A stretch of 64,000 nt of DNA, taken from the NCBI GenBank assembly GCA_002352345.1, contig DEIG01000016.1, positions 7,419 to 71,418 on the forward strand, written 5' to 3'. The translations under genes and the position numbers were made by a program. Positions 58,324-64,000 of the stretch are shown one piece after another; positions within the stretch are counted from its first letter, which is position 1, and each line of letters begins with the position of its first letter. The notes below the pieces were generated by a model that did no database searches, had not been told where the DNA came from, and saw only the letters and a list, made by a program, of their open reading frames with translations. This stretch comes from Methylococcaceae bacterium UBA2780. Lineage in GTDB: Bacteria; Pseudomonadota; Gammaproteobacteria; Methylococcales; UBA2780.

Positions 58324-60192
58324 ATGAGTGACCAGATCTATTTTTCTGCTTTAGACAACTGCGCTGCAAATATTATGGTTCTTGATAAAGAGCTGACGAT
58401 TACGCATATCAACAGCAAACTTAAAGGTCTCTTAGCCTCACAATCCCCTCTAGAAGGATGCTCTTTACAGTCCGTTTTCAACTTAGAGAAAACTAATCTA
58501 AATAGAGAGACAAAAGCCCAAACAAACTGGGATGGAGAACAGCTGGGCATAACCATCTCACCACTACACCAAGAAAACACGATCACTGGTTTTGTCGCAA
58601 CATTCAAACCGTTGGGAGGCCAATCTGGCTTTAAAAATGAGCTTAACAGGCTTTGTGACTCTCTTGAGCAAGGTAACTTCAGCCAGCTACTCCCTACCAA
58701 TACGGGGAGCCCCTATTTTGATAAATTGAGTAACAACCTCAACCAATGCCTTAGTAATATTTCTTCTCCATTGAATGATTTTTCAGCAAAACTAGGTATT
58801 GTTTCAGAGTGTGATTTAACAGTTGAATCTGAACAGCAATTAAACGGGGCATTCCAAGAATTAGATAGCAAACTGATAACGACTGTCAGTAATCTTACAG
58901 AAGCAATTAGGCAGACCGTTGAGTTCGCCAAGGTTATCGAAACCACTGCTGCAGATATTGCTAGCCGGAATGACGAGCTGGCAGCAAGAACACGCGAACA
59001 AGCCTCTTCATTGCAAACAAGTAGTGCAAGTATGGAAGAGCTTTCCACAACTGTTGCGAATAACACTGAAAGCGCCAACGAAGCCCAAAAATTAGCCTTA
59101 CGCCTTAACAAACAGGCACAAGATGGCCGCCAAGCTATTCTCCGCGTTTCTGATTCGATGGGGCATATTGAAGAGAGCAGCAAAAAGATTGAAGGAATAA
59201 TAAGTATTATTAATGAAATCGCATTTCAAACAAATATTCTTTCCCTTAATGCAGCCGTCGAAGCTGCTCGAGCAGGTGAAGATGGCCAAGGTTTTGCCGT
59301 TGTTGCAACCGAGGTAAGGGAGTTGGCAAAGCGAAGTGCCGGTGCAGCCAAAGAGATTAAATCATTGATCAAAACATCCAGCCAGATAGTTGACGAAGGG
59401 CGGGATTTAGCTGGTCAGGCCGAAAAACAGATGGAAACTATCGCCAAAGGTGCCAATCAAACGAGCAAATTGATCGATACGATAACAATTGCGAGTAATG
59501 AGCAAAATGAAGGGATTAGATTGGCTAATGACTCGATTAACCTGTTAGATTCAATCACACAAGAAAATCACACACTCGTTGAAGAGTTGGCTGGAAGTAC
59601 ACGGAATTTAGATCAACTATCGCGATTTCTCGGGGATGCCGTAACTGTTTTCAAGCTCGCGCCTCCTGAAAAAGAGACTCACCCTCTTCATACCGAGATG
59701 CGCCAAACTGTGCAACTAACTGCACAAAAAGTTCAGCTAGCACTTGAAAAGGCACTTCAATCGAATCAGATTAAAAAAGAGGCACTGTTTGACCGTGACT
59801 ACCAAAAGATAGAAGGCACGGAGCCGCCAAAATTCACAACATTGTATGACCGATTGTTAGATATCATTTTGCCATCTATCCAAGAGGCAACTCTAGAGTC
59901 CGCTCCCCATATTGTCTATGCAATAACAACAGATGAACAGGGTTATGTCGCAACGCATAATACTCAGTTCTGCCAACCGCTGACTGGTGATTATCAACAA
60001 GATTTAGCAAGCAACCGCACCAAAAGAATCTACGATGACCGTGTGGGAATAACATGTGGCTCGCACCATGAGCCTTTCAAACTGCAAACTTATCGCCGCG
60101 ATACTGGTGAACTAATGTTTGATGTTTCAGCTCCTATTACTATTTTAGGGGAGCATTGGGGCGGCTTCAGGCTAGGGTATAGGCTTTCCTGA
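58324..60192 (+). CDS. soluble methyl-accepting chemotaxis protein: PAS-like N-terminus, MCP signalling domain, extra C-terminal domain
   Basis: No hydrophobic TM segment. The conserved hairpin tip is [42 protein letters not shown]. About 170 residues follow the signalling domain ([13 protein letters not shown]...[28 protein letters not shown]). The start is either the ATG at 58324 or the TTG at 58318. Confidence 0.85.
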   Translation: MSDQIYFSALDNCAANIMVLDKELTITHINSKLKGLLASQSPLEGCSLQSVFNLEKTNLNRETKAQTNWDGEQLGITISPLHQENTITGFVATFKPLGGQSGFKNELNRLCDSLEQGNFSQLLPTNTGSPYFDKLSNNLNQCLSNISSPLNDFSAKLGIVSECDLTVESEQQLNGAFQELDSKLITTVSNLTEAIRQTVEFAKVIETTAADIASRNDELAARTREQASSLQTSSASMEELSTTVANNTESANEAQKLALRLNKQAQDGRQAILRVSDSMGHIEESSKKIEGIISIINEIAFQTNILSLNAAVEAARAGEDGQGFAVVATEVRELAKRSAGAAKEIKSLIKTSSQIVDEGRDLAGQAEKQMETIAKGANQTSKLIDTITIASNEQNEGIRLANDSINLLDSITQENHTLVEELAGSTRNLDQLSRFLGDAVTVFKLAPPEKETHPLHTEMRQTVQLTAQKVQLALEKALQSNQIKKEALFDRDYQKIEGTEPPKFTTLYDRLLDIILPSIQEATLESAPHIVYAITTDEQGYVATHNTQFCQPLTGDYQQDLASNRTKRIYDDRVGITCGSHHEPFKLQTYRRDTGELMFDVSAPITILGEHWGGFRLGYRLS

Positions 60193-60200
60193 TTACCGCT

Positions 60201-62918
60201 TTATCTGCTGGCTTTGACAAATTTTCCTTGATAGTGCTTTTCGAGTTTAACGCTATAGTAAATCACAAGTCCGACACCGATAATCTGCGCCCATTCAACT
60301 AGACCAATCGGTGCTGTTTGAAAGAGGTGATTCATCAGAGATGAATAGGTAAAAAACAGCTGTAAAACCACCATTCCCAAAACACCCGCCAAAAGCCACC
60401 TATTAGTAAAAAATCCTAGCTTAGATAGTGGCTGCGTTAATGAACGGCAATTAAACAGGTAAAAAAGCTCCCCAAAAACAAAAACATTAGCCGCAACGGT
60501 TCGCGCCTCCATCTCAGTTGCACCGCGAGCCATAGATAGCTCAAACAATCCAAAAGCACCTGCCAATAACAAGATACCAACCAGAACGATTCGAAATAAC
60601 AGGACTCTGGACAAAATTGGCGCATCAGGTTTGCGTGGACTACGCAACATAATGCCTTTCTCTTTCGGTTCGAAAGCCAGCATTAGCCCCAACAGAACAG
60701 CCGTTGTCATATTTATCCAGAGGATTTGTACCGGCAAAATGGGAAGCGCTACACCGGCAAATACTGCCGTCATAATAACGAGCCCTTCACCAACATTTGT
60801 TGGAAGTGTCCAAGTGATAAACTTAATAATGTTGTCGAATACACCTCTACCTTCTTCCACTGCACGTTCGATTGCAGAAAAGTTGTCATTCGTTAAAACC
60901 ATATCAGCCGCCTCTTTTGAGACCTCTGTACCAGTTCGGCCCATTGCAATACCGATATTCGCCCTGTGTAGTGCAGGGGCATCATTGACGCCATCTCCAG
61001 TCATCGCAACGACGTGACCTCTGAGTTGCAATGCCTCTACAAGCCGAAGCTTTTGCTCTGGGCTTACACGCGCAAAAACTACCGTTTTCTCGATCACGCC
61101 AAGCAACTCTTTATCTGATAGATCAGACAATGCCCTACCAGTTATTACAGAATGCTCTTTTTCGCAGCCATTTAGCCCCATTTGGCAGGCAATAGCCGAC
61201 GCTGTGACAGCATGATCCCCAGTAATCATTTTTACCTGTACCCCAGCACTTTGACAGGCACGAACAGCCTCAATTGCTTCAGGTCGTGGCGGATCAATCA
61301 TCCCTTGTAAACCGAGAAAGGTAAGCCCTGATTTAATATCTTCGTGAGAAATTGAGCTTTTTTCTTCTGGCAGATCTAAATAGGCAAAAGCAAGAACTCT
61401 CATCCCTTTTTCAGCCATCTCTTCCAGTTGCCGCTCAATCTCCCGCTCATCGAACTCAACCTGAGTTCCTGAACCATCCAAAAAGTAGTTTGAGCGCACG
61501 GCAAGACTTTCAAATGAACCTTTCAGATATATTCTCTGTGGTTTACCTTTTCTATCATGGAGTGTTGCCATGTATTGATAGCGTGATTCAAAGGGAATCA
61601 CATCTTTAATCGGCATTTTTTCCACAAGCCATTCTTGAGAAAGTCCTGATTTTAGTGCTGAAACGATAACCCCCCCTTCAGTAGGGTCACCCTCCAATTT
61701 CCAGCCATCATTACTCTCGGTCAGCCTAGAGCCATTACAGGCGAGACCGGCTGTAAGCAATTCCATCAGAGAACTATTATTGCTCGGCTCTATATCCTGG
61801 CCATCAACTTGGAACTTCCCATCAGGTTCGTACCCGCTCCCCGACAGGCTAAAAATCTGGCCTCCAGCGAGCAAGGCTTTTACGGTCATCTGATTTTGCG
61901 TTAGCGTGCCTGTTTTATCCGAGCAGATAATAGTTGTGCTACCAAGCGTTTCAACGGCTGGTAAGCGACGAACAATCGCGTGATGTCTCGCCATCCTCGA
62001 AACACCAATAGCCAGTGTAATTGTTACTGCAGCAGGAAGCCCCTCAGGTATCGCTCCAACAGCGAGTGCGACAGCCGCCATAAACATATCCAGCCATGAC
62101 TCCCCATGCATCATTCCCGCCACAAATGTAGCAGCAGCCATTGCCAAAATGATATAAAGCAATATCAAACTGAACTCACTTATCTTGCGAGTTAGTGGTG
62201 TCATCAAAACGTCTGTGAGTGATATCAGCTCAGATATTTTGCCCACTTCTGTTCCATTTCCTATCGCTGTAACAACACCTGCTCCAGTACCATACGTTAC
62301 CAGTGAAGATGAATAAGCCATATTGACTCGGTCTGCCAAGACCGTGTCACGGCCCAACTGCTCGTTACTTTTCTCGACCGGTAACGATTCACCTGTCAAT
62401 GTAGATTCATCAATCTGTAACTCTCGAGTTTTCAGAAGTCGCAAATCAGCCGGCACTTTATCCCCTGATTCCAAAAGAACAATATCTCCTGGAACAAGTT
62501 TAGAGGCAGCAACTTTTGTCTTAACTCCTGAGCGGATAACAACCGCTTCGTGCGTCATCATTTTTGAAAGCGCATTAATAGCTTCGATCGCTCTCGATTC
62601 CTGAAAATAACCAATTAAAGCATTAACAAGAACCACCCCAAATATGACGCCGGCATCAACCCACTCTTGCAAAAAAGACATGATCAATGAAGAGGTGATC
62701 AGAATATAAACCAAAGGCTGATGAAACTGCGTGAGAAAACGCTTCAGCGCACTTTCACCTTTGGTTGATGTAAGTTCATTATCTCCAAACACCTCATTTC
62801 GTGTTTGTATCTCTAGGAGATCAAGCCCTTTATCAAGATTAGTATCAAAAAGCTCGACCACCTCTTCAACTGGGAGGTGGTGCCAATGTTTATCTAGAAG
62901 AGACTGTAAGTGATCCAT
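60201..62918 (-). CDS. cation-transporting P-type ATPase (type II, Ca2+/Mg2+-like)
   Basis: TGES, phosphorylation site CSDKTGTLT, MITGDH, TGDGVNDAPAL and about 10 TM segments. ATG at 62918 preferred over the track's TTG at 62954. Confidence 0.9.
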   Translation of the reverse strand: MDHLQSLLDKHWHHLPVEEVVELFDTNLDKGLDLLEIQTRNEVFGDNELTSTKGESALKRFLTQFHQPLVYILITSSLIMSFLQEWVDAGVIFGVVLVNALIGYFQESRAIEAINALSKMMTHEAVVIRSGVKTKVAASKLVPGDIVLLESGDKVPADLRLLKTRELQIDESTLTGESLPVEKSNEQLGRDTVLADRVNMAYSSSLVTYGTGAGVVTAIGNGTEVGKISELISLTDVLMTPLTRKISEFSLILLYIILAMAAATFVAGMMHGESWLDMFMAAVALAVGAIPEGLPAAVTITLAIGVSRMARHHAIVRRLPAVETLGSTTIICSDKTGTLTQNQMTVKALLAGGQIFSLSGSGYEPDGKFQVDGQDIEPSNNSSLMELLTAGLACNGSRLTESNDGWKLEGDPTEGGVIVSALKSGLSQEWLVEKMPIKDVIPFESRYQYMATLHDRKGKPQRIYLKGSFESLAVRSNYFLDGSGTQVEFDEREIERQLEEMAEKGMRVLAFAYLDLPEEKSSISHEDIKSGLTFLGLQGMIDPPRPEAIEAVRACQSAGVQVKMITGDHAVTASAIACQMGLNGCEKEHSVITGRALSDLSDKELLGVIEKTVVFARVSPEQKLRLVEALQLRGHVVAMTGDGVNDAPALHRANIGIAMGRTGTEVSKEAADMVLTNDNFSAIERAVEEGRGVFDNIIKFITWTLPTNVGEGLVIMTAVFAGVALPILPVQILWINMTTAVLLGLMLAFEPKEKGIMLRSPRKPDAPILSRVLLFRIVLVGILLLAGAFGLFELSMARGATEMEARTVAANVFVFGELFYLFNCRSLTQPLSKLGFFTNRWLLAGVLGMVVLQLFFTYSSLMNHLFQTAPIGLVEWAQIIGVGLVIYYSVKLEKHYQGKFVKASR

Positions 62919-62974
62919 ATTCTTATCAATATCAAGGCAATTAAAAGAGGGCAACTAACAGTAGAGACTACAAA

Positions 62975-63010
62975 CAAAAAGGCTCCCAACATACAAACGT
63001 TGAAGGCCTT
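62975..63010 (-). terminator. weak candidate terminator downstream of tRNA-Lys
   Basis: Minus strand: 5-bp stem AAGGC / GCCTT with a 22-nt loop, followed by TTTTTG. The short stem and large loop give low confidence. Confidence 0.25.
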
Positions 63011-63018
63011 AGTATTCT

Positions 63019-63094
63019 TGGTGGGCCGTCAGGGATTCGAACCCTGGACAAATGGATTAAGAGTCCACTGCTCTACCAACTGAGCTAACAGCCC
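63019..63094 (-). tRNA. tRNA-Lys (anticodon CUU)
   Basis: The 76-nt reverse complement GGGCTGTTAGCTCAGTTGGTAGAGCAGTGGACTCTTAATCCATTTGTCCAGGGTTCGAATCCCTGACGGCCCACCA folds into a full cloverleaf: 7-bp acceptor stem, GCTC/GAGC D stem, GTGGA/TCCAT anticodon stem, loop CT-CTT-AA, CAGGG/CCCTG T stem, TTCGAAT loop and an encoded CCA. Confidence 0.92.
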
Positions 63095-63135
63095 TAAGAG
63101 TCAAAGATACTACCCGATCAATCTTTGCCTAGCAA

Positions 63136-64000
63136 TCAAAGGCCAAGCCACGAGCTTTGCAATATCAAAACTGTAGATGCTATAGCGTAAAGTTTTAATG
63201 CATACAGGTTATTCCACCGAACAATATCCCTCCCAGCTGTTTGATAGCGCCCCAACATCATTAAATTAATTCCTGAAAACGGGTTAACACAGACGCCAAT
63301 ACCCCAGGAAAACAGGAACATTGTCGCTAATAAAGTATGGTCAGGATTTAATGGAAGAAACCAACCTCCAACGACTGCGATACTGATCACGGGATGAATG
63401 CCTAATCTTGATGCGAATAACATGCAGCCTAATACAGCGGCAGAGGAAACCCCTGTTAACTGACTGATTGGGAGCGTTATCGATAATCCCCCAATTAAAG
63501 CCGACAGCCCTGATCCTAATAGTCCCGCTGACAGGTAGAGCATTAATTCACCACGCATCCCCGGCAGCTCTTTGGTAATGTGCCCCGAAAAGCCCCGAAT
63601 AGCGCCAGAGGCTCCTTTTCTAGTGAATAGAATAACGAGAGTTAAAACACATGAGAGCATGGCAACCAACAGCGTTACTTTAAAGTCCGGAGTTAGTTGA
63701 TGCGCCAATAATACAAACGCAGCTAACAACAGCGGAATTCTAAATGCGTCAAAATGGATGGGGAATCCTGCAAATTTATTTATATCTTCAGCCGCCTCTT
63801 TTTTGAATTCTATAAAACTTATTCCAAGAGCAATAAAGGCTGAAAATACCCCTGTACTTAACAAAATAGCTAGCGATGCATCTTCTGCAAAAACCATTGC
63901 CGCCCCGAATCCCGCAAAAAATGGAGACCAAAACGCGGCCGAGGCCAATGATCTGATTAGCAAAATCACCTGTTCCTTGGTCAGTTTTCCATTTCTGGAG
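63136..64000 (-). CDS. polytopic membrane protein, probably 5'-partial at the window end
   Basis: 277 or more aa of hydrophobic helices. The reading frame stays open from the GTG at 63969 to position 64000, so the gene may start beyond the window. No family recognised. Confidence 0.5.
   Translation of the reverse strand, partial: SRNGKLTKEQVILLIRSLASAAFWSPFFAGFGAAMVFAEDASLAILLSTGVFSAFIALGISFIEFKKEAAEDINKFAGFPIHFDAFRIPLLLAAFVLLAHQLTPDFKVTLLVAMLSCVLTLVILFTRKGASGAIRGFSGHITKELPGMRGELMLYLSAGLLGSGLSALIGGLSITLPISQLTGVSSAAVLGCMLFASRLGIHPVISIAVVGGWFLPLNPDHTLLATMFLFSWGIGVCVNPFSGINLMMLGRYQTAGRDIVRWNNLYALKLYAIASTVLILQSSWLGL

Noticed and set aside
58338-59183. Two long minus-strand ORFs (120 and 156 aa) inside the MCP gene.
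   Set aside because: They are antisense shadow ORFs of a coiled-coil-encoding gene, with Ser/Leu/Cys-rich translations and no motifs.
60631-61017. 128-aa plus-strand ORF, and similar ORFs at 37938-38315 and 36670-36930.
   Set aside because: They are antisense to the P-type ATPase and RND pump genes, so they are shadow ORFs.
60201-63094. tRNA-Lys as the attachment site of a genomic island toward its 3' side.
   Set aside because: No integrase gene and no visible direct repeat of the tRNA 3' end lie within the adjacent region. The neighbours (P-type ATPase, MCP) look like ordinary chromosomal genes.

Overview
This 64-kb chromosomal window has gammaproteobacterial gene order: yceF | yceD-rpmF-plsX-fabH-fabD-fabG-acpP-fabF-pabB-pabC-mltG-tmk-holB-pilZ-tatD, then smc-zipA-ligA, then ycaR-kdsB. 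I support about 58 protein genes, one tRNA-Lys(CUU) and several intrinsic terminators. I recognised no rRNA, CRISPR array, IS or transposase, integrase, reverse transcriptase or prophage gene. About two thirds of the window is housekeeping: fatty-acid synthesis, cell envelope, replication and segregation, hrpA, queF, cysK. The accessory-looking block is roughly 26.2-41.4 kb. It holds a MipZ-like ATPase with a membrane protein, an arsenic island (arsR, ArsP-like permease, thioredoxin-like protein, GAPDH, arsJ, VOC protein), a StyA-like monooxygenase, a YhdH-type reductase and a czcCBA-type metal efflux operon. c-di-GMP parts are frequent: two GGDEF proteins, one HDOD, one PilZ and one possible degenerate PilZ. 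I found no clear-cut new multi-gene system such as a defence island. The candidates most worth follow-up are: (1) the MipZ-family ATPase translationally coupled to a polytopic membrane protein in a ZipA-encoding genome; (2) the arsenic island with no arsC, arsB or acr3 in the window and a Cys-rich VOC protein downstream of arsJ; (3) the cysK-MOSC-529-aa unknown gene string; (4) a soluble chemoreceptor with its putative sensor domain C-terminal to the signalling domain; (5) a lipoprotein whose mature part is exactly eleven 11-residue repeats. All family assignments come from motif recognition by eye and from remembered homologue sequences. No searches were run.
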